This document shows, in pieces, positions 37,320 to 47,469 of a stretch of DNA of 64,000 nt. The DNA lies in IMG/VR virus record IMGVR_UViG_3300031993_000012, positions 32,001-96,000 of that record. One strand, given 5' to 3'. Position 1 is the stretch's first letter, and every line of letters begins with the position of its first letter. The DNA comes from a virus. Its lineage: Duplodnaviria > Caudoviricetes. Under the pieces are notes generated by a model that saw nothing but the letters and a program-made list of their open reading frames with translations, had not been told where the DNA came from and searched no databases. Made by a program: the position numbers and the translations under genes.

Positions 37320-40300
37320 GTGATTTCTATGGCAGAATCAGTTGTTTTAAACAATTATTCTGATGATTCTCAGATCAAATCGTTTATTAATAATAATCTG
37401 ATGCCACGTGTATTCAAGAATATACCATTGAATGTTTTGAACATGGGTGAGTTTTCTATTATAAATGAATATTTGTCACAAGGAATGGAAAATCTTGCAT
37501 TCACGTCATCATTTTATTTCAATGAAAGTTTTATAACCAAAGCCGTATTACCAGATTCAATATTTGCAGAAGCTGCATTATTCAATCTCGGTTATTCATT
37601 TGCAACTCCATCTGCATGTAATATGTTATTGGAATTGAATCTCGATGACATATATCGAAACGCAACATTGAATTCAGAAACCGGGTTATATGAATTCATA
37701 CTGGATAAAGATACAATCATAAATCTGTTGGATAATGGTAATGAATATTCATTGGATTATGATATATTGATTCAATATCGAAATGTACAAACATCTGAAA
37801 GTACAGCTCCGATACCAGCATGGAATTGTCAATATACCAATATGGATGAATTGAATGTTATTGCAACGAATAAAGATCGTTATATAACATACCGAGTTAC
37901 AACAAAATGGTTATGTTTATTCATCCAAGTAAATGAATATAAACGAACCAAGTATGTCGTTACAAATAACACAACCAGTGGTATTGCAACATCGGACAAA
38001 TTGATTACATGTACAAATCACATTTGTGGATTTGATGTTAAATACGTTGATACTGATGGAACGTATCAATGGATTCCACATGATCACATATTACCAATAC
38101 ATTCAAATGTTACCGACAATGAACCATACATTCATTATGTAATGGACAACCCACAAACCATTCGTTTCATGTTCCAACTCGATGGACCGAAACGTTTTAC
38201 ACCAACAATGAATTCACGTTTCGAAATATATGTCTATACATGTCATGGAGAAGCAGCAAACTTCAAAGAATGGGATAATGAAGAATCGCAACCAAAGGTG
38301 ATATCAAAGGTTAATAAATATCCAAACAATGCAAATGTTTTGAAAGCATGTTTCGTTCTTGCAGGTGGTAGTTTCGGTGGTACAAACATTGGTACAGTTG
38401 AAACCGTTCGTCGTGAAACTATTGAAGCATATAATACTGTACATGTATTATCGACTGATCATGATTTAGCTGAGTGGATGAAAACATTTTATTTCAAAAA
38501 TGTATTGTATCCATATTTCTTCAAACGTCGTGATGATCCATGGGGTCGTATCTGGAGTGGTTATTTGGCACTCAAAGATGATGATGATTATGTTTACAGA
38601 ACCAATACACTTCATGCGTATATTCCATACAATGTTTTGTATAGTAACAATGAGAATACTGTAACAAACAATGAAATCATTATACCACCCGGATGGACAT
38701 GGGTTTATAATGATTACACTGAACGAATGACATTACATCCAATAACAAAAACCGCGTCTAATAAAGTTGAAACGGTTAAATCGTTGGATAGTTATCCGGA
38801 TAAATTTGTATTTGCAAATCCATTTGGTATTCGTATTCAGAAAGAACCATTTGCTATGGGATATTTTAATCCTTGGGTAAATCAATTCTTAACAACTACG
38901 AATACTGGATTTAAGAATATAAATCCAACTGATGACACTGATCCGGTTGTATTATATCATGCGACTGCAGTTTATACTGAGATACAACGTTTGTACAAAG
39001 ATGATTATTACCGTTTGACAACATTCATTTTACCATCAATTGATTATTGGGGTACACGTAATAATTCATTGGTTCCATATTTACGACGCAATGCAACTGA
39101 ACCTGCATTCGTTACTCAGATATGGAATTATTTCCAACATCCATTGGATATGTATGCACCATCAATTCCAATGATTGCATTATCTGAAGATGAAGATGGT
39201 TATTTACCTTATGACAAAGAAAAGACATATTTCTGTGTTGAAACAAAGAATCAGATAGATGGTTCATCATGGAGTTTACAAAACATCTGGATTGATGATT
39301 ACACGAGTATTGAACATAAACGTGTATATTTACCAATAAATGGTGAAATTACCAGATTGGTTGGTTCTGACGATATCTGGGGAACGAATGGTATCTGTAA
39401 AGATTACTCCGTATATTCAACGGGTATAACTGATATCAATATTTATCCTGTGACAATTGTTGATAAAGGCATTGAATTTGGTCGTGTACAAAATCAGAAT
39501 TATTATCGTATGGGATTAGATGAATCTGCTGTTACTGGTAGAATCAGAAAGATCGTTGTTGACAATGCAACATTATCATCTGAAACTGCATATGGTGAAA
39601 ATCGTTTGTATCGTATCGGTGATAAATACAACAACGTTTATCTCAATATACATTACGATGATGGGACCGTTGATGCTGTATTGATTTCAAATGCTGCTGT
39701 TGTTTATACACCATATAAGTGTGTGTATGATGAAGTATCTGGTATGTACGAAATCGATATGCAGAATGTATCCGGTGGCGAAGTAATTGTTTATGCAGAA
39801 ATGAAACCTGCTGCTGACAGTGGATCTATTGAATATTACCGTGTACCTTTCTCGGTAATAGAAAAGAATACACCTCTCTTCAGCATAGAAAATAAACTGT
39901 TGCCAGTTGCTGATAATAATATGCGTGTTATTATATCTGCATCAATAAATGGCGCTGTTGTTGGATATACTGAAATGCAACCTGTATCTCGTGAGAATGA
40001 TGGTAGCTATCGTTACGATGTTCAGATTTATCCATTAAATGAATTGGTTGATATCGATGATCGTATTGCTATTGCTTCTACCGATATCGGTGGTGGCTCA
40101 TGGATATCTCTTAACCGTGGATCCGCAGTTACAGTAAATGCATCAGATCCAAAGTTCAAAATATCAATACTGGTACGCGCAGAAACACCGAACTATGAAT
40201 CTGAAATTTATGGTAATTCAAAATATGATGGATTCCGTATTGTTGATGAATACACAATTGATTCATTTGAGTTGGTTCAAGAATTAAAAGAAATGCGATC

Positions 40301-41372
40301 GATTGTTGATTTCGGTGACAGCACCGTTCCATCAAAAGAACAGATGTCGAATTACAATAGTTTCATCGGTTTGTATAATCCATCATCTGAAGAAAATAAT
40401 ATCTATACATTATACAAATATGCATATGATCGTACTAATGGAATGCGTGATACATATCCATTACCGTATGATGAAGTGGTTGTGACCGCAACGAATATGC
40501 TTAATGAATTCGATGAATATCTGTTGGTATATCAAGAAATCATATCATCAATTGTTCCAACAAGTATGACAGAGATTGCAGATGTAATAAAATCAATCAC
40601 TGAATCTAAATCGGAAACACTTGATGATGTTGATTGGGATAATGTAGCCGCAGTGCTTCAAGGTTATATCGGTAGAATAAATAATGCATTCTCAACTGTC
40701 AATGTCAACGGAGGAGTTAATATTCAATTGGTTCCATTTGTTGAAAGTAGTCTGATGGTTAATGATCGATTCGGTAATTTCGTTGAATCATTTGTAAATG
40801 TTCACAAGGTAATTGAACCCATCATTTTCAACAGATTAGATGGTAACCATTATCTTGATTGCAAACTGATTGCAACTTATGGACTTCCACATACATATTG
40901 TACAGATATTGAGAAGATGAAAAATCTTCCGAAGGATCAAACACACTTCTGGCCAAACTTAGCAATACAAATATCATTTGATGTAAAATTCAAGAATCCT
41001 GCATTAACCACAAATACAACTGATGAATTGAAGAACATTGTTAAATCATACTTCAATAAATTAACAACGCTTCATACATCAACTGACACTGTTAGCATGA
41101 ATAACAATATTTACATTTCACGACTCATACACGAGATGGGTAATCATGATAATGTTGAATATTTGAAATTCAATGGATTCTATACAGATGAAGCTAAAGA
41201 TCCAAATGGTGATTACATGGATGCAAATATCCAAGTCATCGTTCAGCGTTGGGATACTTTAGAAGATTTCCCGAAGTACAGTAGTAACGGAAAACAAATT
41301 TCCGAATTGGAAAACTTTGTTCCGGAAATGTTCGTACTTGATAATGATAGCATCATAATCAATAGCATATGA
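37320..41372 (+). CDS. putative baseplate wedge protein
   Basis: 1350 aa; NESFITKA.L..SI...A...GY..ATPS N-terminus, T.HGEAANF and GGT....E...R motifs of wedge proteins. Confidence 0.7.
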   Translation: MISMAESVVLNNYSDDSQIKSFINNNLMPRVFKNIPLNVLNMGEFSIINEYLSQGMENLAFTSSFYFNESFITKAVLPDSIFAEAALFNLGYSFATPSACNMLLELNLDDIYRNATLNSETGLYEFILDKDTIINLLDNGNEYSLDYDILIQYRNVQTSESTAPIPAWNCQYTNMDELNVIATNKDRYITYRVTTKWLCLFIQVNEYKRTKYVVTNNTTSGIATSDKLITCTNHICGFDVKYVDTDGTYQWIPHDHILPIHSNVTDNEPYIHYVMDNPQTIRFMFQLDGPKRFTPTMNSRFEIYVYTCHGEAANFKEWDNEESQPKVISKVNKYPNNANVLKACFVLAGGSFGGTNIGTVETVRRETIEAYNTVHVLSTDHDLAEWMKTFYFKNVLYPYFFKRRDDPWGRIWSGYLALKDDDDYVYRTNTLHAYIPYNVLYSNNENTVTNNEIIIPPGWTWVYNDYTERMTLHPITKTASNKVETVKSLDSYPDKFVFANPFGIRIQKEPFAMGYFNPWVNQFLTTTNTGFKNINPTDDTDPVVLYHATAVYTEIQRLYKDDYYRLTTFILPSIDYWGTRNNSLVPYLRRNATEPAFVTQIWNYFQHPLDMYAPSIPMIALSEDEDGYLPYDKEKTYFCVETKNQIDGSSWSLQNIWIDDYTSIEHKRVYLPINGEITRLVGSDDIWGTNGICKDYSVYSTGITDINIYPVTIVDKGIEFGRVQNQNYYRMGLDESAVTGRIRKIVVDNATLSSETAYGENRLYRIGDKYNNVYLNIHYDDGTVDAVLISNAAVVYTPYKCVYDEVSGMYEIDMQNVSGGEVIVYAEMKPAADSGSIEYYRVPFSVIEKNTPLFSIENKLLPVADNNMRVIISASINGAVVGYTEMQPVSRENDGSYRYDVQIYPLNELVDIDDRIAIASTDIGGGSWISLNRGSAVTVNASDPKFKISILVRAETPNYESEIYGNSKYDGFRIVDEYTIDSFELVQELKEMRSIVDFGDSTVPSKEQMSNYNSFIGLYNPSSEENNIYTLYKYAYDRTNGMRDTYPLPYDEVVVTATNMLNEFDEYLLVYQEIISSIVPTSMTEIADVIKSITESKSETLDDVDWDNVAAVLQGYIGRINNAFSTVNVNGGVNIQLVPFVESSLMVNDRFGNFVESFVNVHKVIEPIIFNRLDGNHYLDCKLIATYGLPHTYCTDIEKMKNLPKDQTHFWPNLAIQISFDVKFKNPALTTNTTDELKNIVKSYFNKLTTLHTSTDTVSMNNNIYISRLIHEMGNHDNVEYLKFNGFYTDEAKDPNGDYMDANIQVIVQRWDTLEDFPKYSSNGKQISELENFVPEMFVLDNDSIIINSI

Positions 41373-41405
41373 AATAGTAGGAGGGGCTAAAGCCCCTCCG
41401 ATATA

Positions 41406-44288
41406 TTAACTTCTTTGAATCTTAAATGTGAACGTATCTGTTGGTTGAACACGTTTTGGATTGTTGATTGTTTGTATTGTATTTGTTGTTCCAGTAATCT
41501 TATGAATTCTTGAACGTGCCAGTGGATTGAATCTCATCGTTGCACCAGATACAATTACATCATACTCTTTGTATACCGTATGATATATTCCATATTCACT
41601 GGAGAATGTAGTATTCGATGAATGTATATATTCATCAATATGATTATTATCATACAAATCACCAATATCCAATAAATATGATGTGAGTTCTGTTGCGGTT
41701 GTTAAACTGTTCAACGGATATTGACAACCGAGATCTGCATTATAAACATTATTGGATATCTCCAATCCAACAAATGAACCGTTCGTATTTGTCGAGAAAC
41801 GTCCATGAGTTGTTAAATTGATAACATCCATTTCGTTTTCTAAATCTCTGAATACAGTCGGATTATTATCCAGCACCAAGATAAATGGTACACCTTTATC
41901 ATACATCGGGTCTTGTGAAAATGTTGCTGGAATCGATGCTGGGAATATAAAGCATTCATCACATGACCGGAATGTTGTATCCCATATTCCAGATGGATGT
42001 GAATTGAATGGATGTATAGCTGATGTGGTTGATACCGGATCACCAATCTCCACAGATTCATCAGTTGTTATGTTATAATATATGATTGTATACTGGTTGT
42101 AGTTTTGATCATATACACGGATGTATACATGATTCTTCCAACCGGTAATTCCATTCATCAGATAATTTCCGTTGATTGTAAATGTTTTGGTTACAGTACT
42201 GGTCGACATATCATAAACGTTGAACTTAAGTGATGATAAATCAGATGAATCACGATAAACACATAATGTCGTTTTGTTCAATGCAATTCCCCACATGCCG
42301 GAAATAACCGATGTTTCTGAACCTGCATTTGCATACAAATCAACAATACCAATTTCTTGATCATTATTATGTACTGCAACAACATATCCTTCATCCGTGA
42401 ATGAATGTAATGTTTCAGTATCATGTGTTTGATGCGTGAATGGAATCTGAACATCGACATATGTTGGAGAAACTGTTTTATCATTTGATATCGTGTATAT
42501 ACGATAACAACCAGCAGCATAGTTGTTGTTTGCAGTGTTTGAAGTATGTGCTTTATGTGCGATTACTAAACGATCACCATCATCCGTCAGTTTAAACATT
42601 CCAAGTGAATTGGTGTTCATTCCATCGTAAGTTCCACCAACATATCCAGCACAATTAATATTGTCATAATTCTGGATTGTATATGTTACAACATTTGAAG
42701 AATCATCTGGATAAATTATTTTATTAATACCAACCAAACAGTTGCATTTCGGATTTGGTATAAGTTCCATCTGATATTCTGATCTGGTATTAACAACTAA
42801 TCCAGTCACATCAATTGTATATCCGGTGTTTACGTTGTCAAGTTGTAAACATGTGAAATCATAATTTGGAACCAATGATGTATTCGATGAACATATGTAG
42901 AAACGTTTATTTCTATAAGCAGATTCAACATTTGTTTTTGTCACTTCAACCCATGTTGTTGGATCCCAGTATGAATCAGTTGCCCATACATGTGCCGTTG
43001 ATGTATTGAATGATAATATGTCATAATCACCAGCTTTACTGTTTGGATATATCCATACTTCAATCGGATCACTATTCAGAATCGTTTTGTAATAAACATT
43101 GTATATGAATGAATGGTCATATATGAATGATGAGTCCCCAAGGAAATCTTCATCAACCCATTGATGTGAATTATGGTTGTATACCTTTATATGTGATGCT
43201 GATAACTGATCGAGTTGTAAACGTGCACGATAATTTTTGTGCGTTTGTAATGTTGTATTGGCATTTGTACAATATGTCCATAATGCATCGGTGAACGTGT
43301 TATCATTGAAATTCGTCATTGCAGTAATTTCAATTGATTCCGGTGATGACATATGAATACTGTTATTGTGATCAATTATTGATACGACTGAACGATGTGA
43401 AGTACTTGAATCTTTGACCAAGAATTTTGATACCCATCCTTCTTCGTATAATTTTGGTGTCGTATATGACATAACACCAGTTACTGATCCTTCTACGGTA
43501 TCAACAGTATTGAACATATTGACATCTGTAAGACCGTCGATTGAATGTGTATATCTGTCATATAAACGACACTGTCCTTTACTGGAACAACCGATGTTTG
43601 TTGCCAATGTTACAAGATACAGATAAGGACTGATGACAGTATAATTATCATTTGTCCATGCCGCGTTGACCATCGAACCAACATTCATAATGACGCCAGT
43701 GTATACGATAACCGTTGTTTTTTCGTTAATACGTTTCTGGAATGATGACACATTACCATATTCATCATAAATACGAGAATGAGTAACACCTTCTTTTGTA
43801 CTCCAGCTTTCAGTAGTCTCCCAGACCAGCATTATTTCAGTAATGGTTTTATCTTCGCTAATACCGGGGATATCATAATCGAAATCTGCACGTAATGTGA
43901 ATGCATGTGCGGATACGAGATTCGTTATATTGTCATATACAAGCGGTGATGTTTGATCAAGTGACATCTGATATCGTTTATCACACTTCGCTTCAGCAAC
44001 TAATTCTTCAAGATCTGTATCCGCTGGATTGATTGGTGAAGTACCAGTTCCAATTCTGATTCTTGGAGCATGTGGATCAAACCATTCGAAACTTTTTGCG
44101 GTTGCAATAAATGATAAACCTTTGTTGGTTAACATATTAACACCGAACTTTTCTTCTGTTATATTACCATTTCTATCTTCTGATATTATATGATAAATAT
44201 TATTGAAATGCGGAATATCATCATTGATATTTAATTTCGTTCGATATATGTCAATGAATTGTTTAACATTATCGGGAAGTCCATTCAT
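41406..44288 (-). CDS. tail/receptor-binding protein, paralogue of 44850-47468
   Basis: 960 aa, beta-rich; shared EK.G.N.LT..G, ATD.YW and KITGTT.TI..N motifs. Confidence 0.65.
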   Translation of the reverse strand: MNGLPDNVKQFIDIYRTKLNINDDIPHFNNIYHIISEDRNGNITEEKFGVNMLTNKGLSFIATAKSFEWFDPHAPRIRIGTGTSPINPADTDLEELVAEAKCDKRYQMSLDQTSPLVYDNITNLVSAHAFTLRADFDYDIPGISEDKTITEIMLVWETTESWSTKEGVTHSRIYDEYGNVSSFQKRINEKTTVIVYTGVIMNVGSMVNAAWTNDNYTVISPYLYLVTLATNIGCSSKGQCRLYDRYTHSIDGLTDVNMFNTVDTVEGSVTGVMSYTTPKLYEEGWVSKFLVKDSSTSHRSVVSIIDHNNSIHMSSPESIEITAMTNFNDNTFTDALWTYCTNANTTLQTHKNYRARLQLDQLSASHIKVYNHNSHQWVDEDFLGDSSFIYDHSFIYNVYYKTILNSDPIEVWIYPNSKAGDYDILSFNTSTAHVWATDSYWDPTTWVEVTKTNVESAYRNKRFYICSSNTSLVPNYDFTCLQLDNVNTGYTIDVTGLVVNTRSEYQMELIPNPKCNCLVGINKIIYPDDSSNVVTYTIQNYDNINCAGYVGGTYDGMNTNSLGMFKLTDDGDRLVIAHKAHTSNTANNNYAAGCYRIYTISNDKTVSPTYVDVQIPFTHQTHDTETLHSFTDEGYVVAVHNNDQEIGIVDLYANAGSETSVISGMWGIALNKTTLCVYRDSSDLSSLKFNVYDMSTSTVTKTFTINGNYLMNGITGWKNHVYIRVYDQNYNQYTIIYYNITTDESVEIGDPVSTTSAIHPFNSHPSGIWDTTFRSCDECFIFPASIPATFSQDPMYDKGVPFILVLDNNPTVFRDLENEMDVINLTTHGRFSTNTNGSFVGLEISNNVYNADLGCQYPLNSLTTATELTSYLLDIGDLYDNNHIDEYIHSSNTTFSSEYGIYHTVYKEYDVIVSGATMRFNPLARSRIHKITGTTNTIQTINNPKRVQPTDTFTFKIQRS

Positions 44289-44304
44289 AATATCAACACT
44301 CCTT

Positions 44305-44832
44305 TCATGTTATTGTGGCTTCGTTTGAACTGATGTTTGTTATTTGTAAAAATCCATCAATCTCGGAATTATGAGTTGTGATTATTGATGCTGCATTAAT
44401 TGTATTATTCGTACATGTAAATGTACAATTATGAATCTCGAAATTATCATATACTATCGCAGTATCCCGAGTATATTCATAAATATTGATTGTATCATTC
44501 GCAATGGTTATTGATGGAGTTGGGATCTCGTATGGTCCATACACATCAACCGATCGTTTTGAATATGTTTCAATCGTTACGTTTCCATTGGTAATAACCA
44601 TTGATGGATTCTGGATTTCATATGGTCCATATACATCAACATCAGTTTCAACATATGTTACAACATTTGCAGGTGTAGTTCCAATACCAACAATTGATAT
44701 AGTATGATCAATGTAGAATGGAGTACGTCGTTGATTTGCAACATATACACCAGAAACCGGGATCAATTGGTGAATATCTCCCGGTTTGATTACGTGTTTA
44801 TATACTTCTTTGGATTTGAATATATTTGCCAT
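44305..44832 (-). CDS. tail-associated protein with three ~31-aa repeats
   Basis: VDVYGPYEI..PS..I.N....I..Y twice plus one degenerate copy. Confidence 0.65.
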   Translation of the reverse strand: MANIFKSKEVYKHVIKPGDIHQLIPVSGVYVANQRRTPFYIDHTISIVGIGTTPANVVTYVETDVDVYGPYEIQNPSMVITNGNVTIETYSKRSVDVYGPYEIPTPSITIANDTINIYEYTRDTAIVYDNFEIHNCTFTCTNNTINAASIITTHNSEIDGFLQITNISSNEATIT

Positions 44833-44849
44833 ATAATCAACTCCTCATG

Positions 44850-47468
44850 TTAATTTGATTCTCCCGGTGGTTTACCGTAGAATGTTGGTGTATTTGAGAA
44901 CGACAATGAGAACTCTTTATTCGTTAATGATTTCGTATGATTTAAAGCCATGATTGTACGTGTGGTTCCGGTTATTTTTATCGGCATGAAATTAATCAAT
45001 GGACACATAATTGCATCCAGTATGAAATAATTGTTGTATATGAATCCACGCACATATGAGTCAACAGATTGAGTTGTATATGTGTTTGAACTCCAATCAC
45101 CCGTATACATATATTGACCGATATCAATGAAACGATAGAACCATTCGTCACCAGCAGTATCGCGTTCAGTAACGGTCACCATACATAACGAATTGCCTAT
45201 TTCAGCAATCTGTGTACCTGATAAATGATAATACTGTGAATCATACTGAGCATTCAATTTTGTATTATCAAGTATACGTATATTTGTAATATCGTCAATC
45301 GATACACATGCAACAGAATCATGATAACCAACACGACGGTTTCCGTATGTGATTAACATGTTTGATACACATTTATACAATGGACCATTACCATCAGCAG
45401 CGGTATCAATTGGAATAATAGTATTCGAACTCGTGAATGTTCCAGTACGAATATCACATATGAATGTTTGTGTTCCGGTTAATATGAATACATAATTAGT
45501 ATGTGCCATTATATAATGAATCGTAGATGTTAATCCCGAAGGTAAATTGAATTCATTAACATTCGTTGATGTCGATGTATCATAGATGATTAATTTTGTT
45601 GAATCATCATTGATATACGCAACACGTGTTGTATGCCACATCAAACAACCAATTGTGACGTTGGTTAACGATGATACTGTTGGTGTTGTTGATGTAAATT
45701 TAACAACATCCAAACATTTATTATCACCGGATGAAATACATAATAAACCACTATCATTTGTTGAATATTGACGTTTGTCCGCAGATGCCGTAAGTGTTAT
45801 TGTTGTTGGTATATTTAATGTACCATTTGACAATGTTGACATATCATACAGATATCCCGTAGTAGAATCAGTTGTCAATAACCATTTTCCGTACGTAAAT
45901 GGATATCCATGAGTCGACAATGTTTCAACATGATTTCCGGTTATCGAAAATGCTTGAATAACGTCTACACCATTTCCACCGTATGAAATCGATACGTTAT
46001 AATCAGAATTATCAATTGTAAAGAATCCAAGTCGATGTTGTAATGATGAATATGCCGATGGTGTATCTTGATATCCACTTGACGATGTATCAATCTTCAA
46101 ATAGAATGTACCTTGACGAACCGGATCTAACGATATATTATTTGTATTTGATAACCAATAACGTTTCGTTTGTGCATTCGCCGGTATGCTTGCACGATTG
46201 GTTATTTGAATCCAATCATTGTTTGGAAGATTCAAACCATGCCAATATTTGTCAGTCGCATATAATGTTTGTACATTACCGCGAATCTGTAATATCGGAT
46301 CTGCAGGATTGATATTCTGATAAACGTACAATGTTTCTTTACTGGAATTATTACTATAAACCAACGGTTTTGCATATGTTTTCGACATTGTAGTTTCATC
46401 GAATAAATGATTCGGTGAATTATTATAGAACAACGTATTATCCCAGTTTCCGTTTTTATAATTGAATGTGGTGACTGATGATACTGTCATCTGTGTAATT
46501 GGTATTTCGCGACCAATTGCGTCTGCAAATCCGTTTTGATCAAACGGATTATGTGAATGCCATATCGGTGATGTGAAAGATTCCGGTTCTGATAATTGTT
46601 GTGGTTGTATTATTAAGAATCCATCTGCTTCACAGCTGAAACCATCAACATATGTATTATCCGGATCCGATGATGATAATATAACCGGATTCATTATCAA
46701 TGATTTCGTGATTGTTGAATTTACGATTGCTGAACGTGAACGTGAATAAATTTCACGATTTGTTTTGCCATTCATACCATTGTACGATTCACGTTTAAAT
46801 GTTGATACTGTTGGGATATCCATACGGTTCATCATTATATATGCGGATGTTATAACGGAATAACTATTGTTAGCATATCCATTAAGGATCAAACTCTCTA
46901 AGAACGAGCAACACATATAAACTTCAATGGATAATTTTGTACCGGGTGATTTTGTAATGGTTGCTTTATCACCATGATTATCATATACGAATGAATGTGT
47001 CCATAATTCATCCCAATCATCACCAATACCATATTCGGTTATTGCAACATCGGAACTAACACCAGCGATGTTCTCTGCGAATTCACCAACCATGTATTTC
47101 ATTATGGCGGTAATACGACCATTGTCACTTTGATCACCTTGAGCAAAATACAACGGATACGAATAATCGTATGGCTGGTTTTTATCTGTCGCCGCAAGAC
47201 CGTTAAACAAAACGGCATTCATGATACGTGATGTTTTATCAAAAGAATTTGAACCTTCACCAACATACAGTTTCTTTGGAAATGATGGAGTTCCATCGAC
47301 ACCGAAGAATTGTTGGAAACCGTAATCAGTTAACAAATTCATTCCATACTTTTCATCAATACATATGCCATCGGATGTGTACGTTTTTGCAACGTACACA
47401 TTTGACACATGGCCGGTTTTCATATTCATATTATCCATGAATCTAAAAACCTTTTCGATATCTGTCAT
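44850..47468 (-). CDS. tail/receptor-binding protein, paralogue of 41406-44288
   Basis: 872 aa, motifs shared with its paralogue. Confidence 0.65.
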   Translation of the reverse strand: MTDIEKVFRFMDNMNMKTGHVSNVYVAKTYTSDGICIDEKYGMNLLTDYGFQQFFGVDGTPSFPKKLYVGEGSNSFDKTSRIMNAVLFNGLAATDKNQPYDYSYPLYFAQGDQSDNGRITAIMKYMVGEFAENIAGVSSDVAITEYGIGDDWDELWTHSFVYDNHGDKATITKSPGTKLSIEVYMCCSFLESLILNGYANNSYSVITSAYIMMNRMDIPTVSTFKRESYNGMNGKTNREIYSRSRSAIVNSTITKSLIMNPVILSSSDPDNTYVDGFSCEADGFLIIQPQQLSEPESFTSPIWHSHNPFDQNGFADAIGREIPITQMTVSSVTTFNYKNGNWDNTLFYNNSPNHLFDETTMSKTYAKPLVYSNNSSKETLYVYQNINPADPILQIRGNVQTLYATDKYWHGLNLPNNDWIQITNRASIPANAQTKRYWLSNTNNISLDPVRQGTFYLKIDTSSSGYQDTPSAYSSLQHRLGFFTIDNSDYNVSISYGGNGVDVIQAFSITGNHVETLSTHGYPFTYGKWLLTTDSTTGYLYDMSTLSNGTLNIPTTITLTASADKRQYSTNDSGLLCISSGDNKCLDVVKFTSTTPTVSSLTNVTIGCLMWHTTRVAYINDDSTKLIIYDTSTSTNVNEFNLPSGLTSTIHYIMAHTNYVFILTGTQTFICDIRTGTFTSSNTIIPIDTAADGNGPLYKCVSNMLITYGNRRVGYHDSVACVSIDDITNIRILDNTKLNAQYDSQYYHLSGTQIAEIGNSLCMVTVTERDTAGDEWFYRFIDIGQYMYTGDWSSNTYTTQSVDSYVRGFIYNNYFILDAIMCPLINFMPIKITGTTRTIMALNHTKSLTNKEFSLSFSNTPTFYGKPPGESN

Positions 47469-47469
47469 A

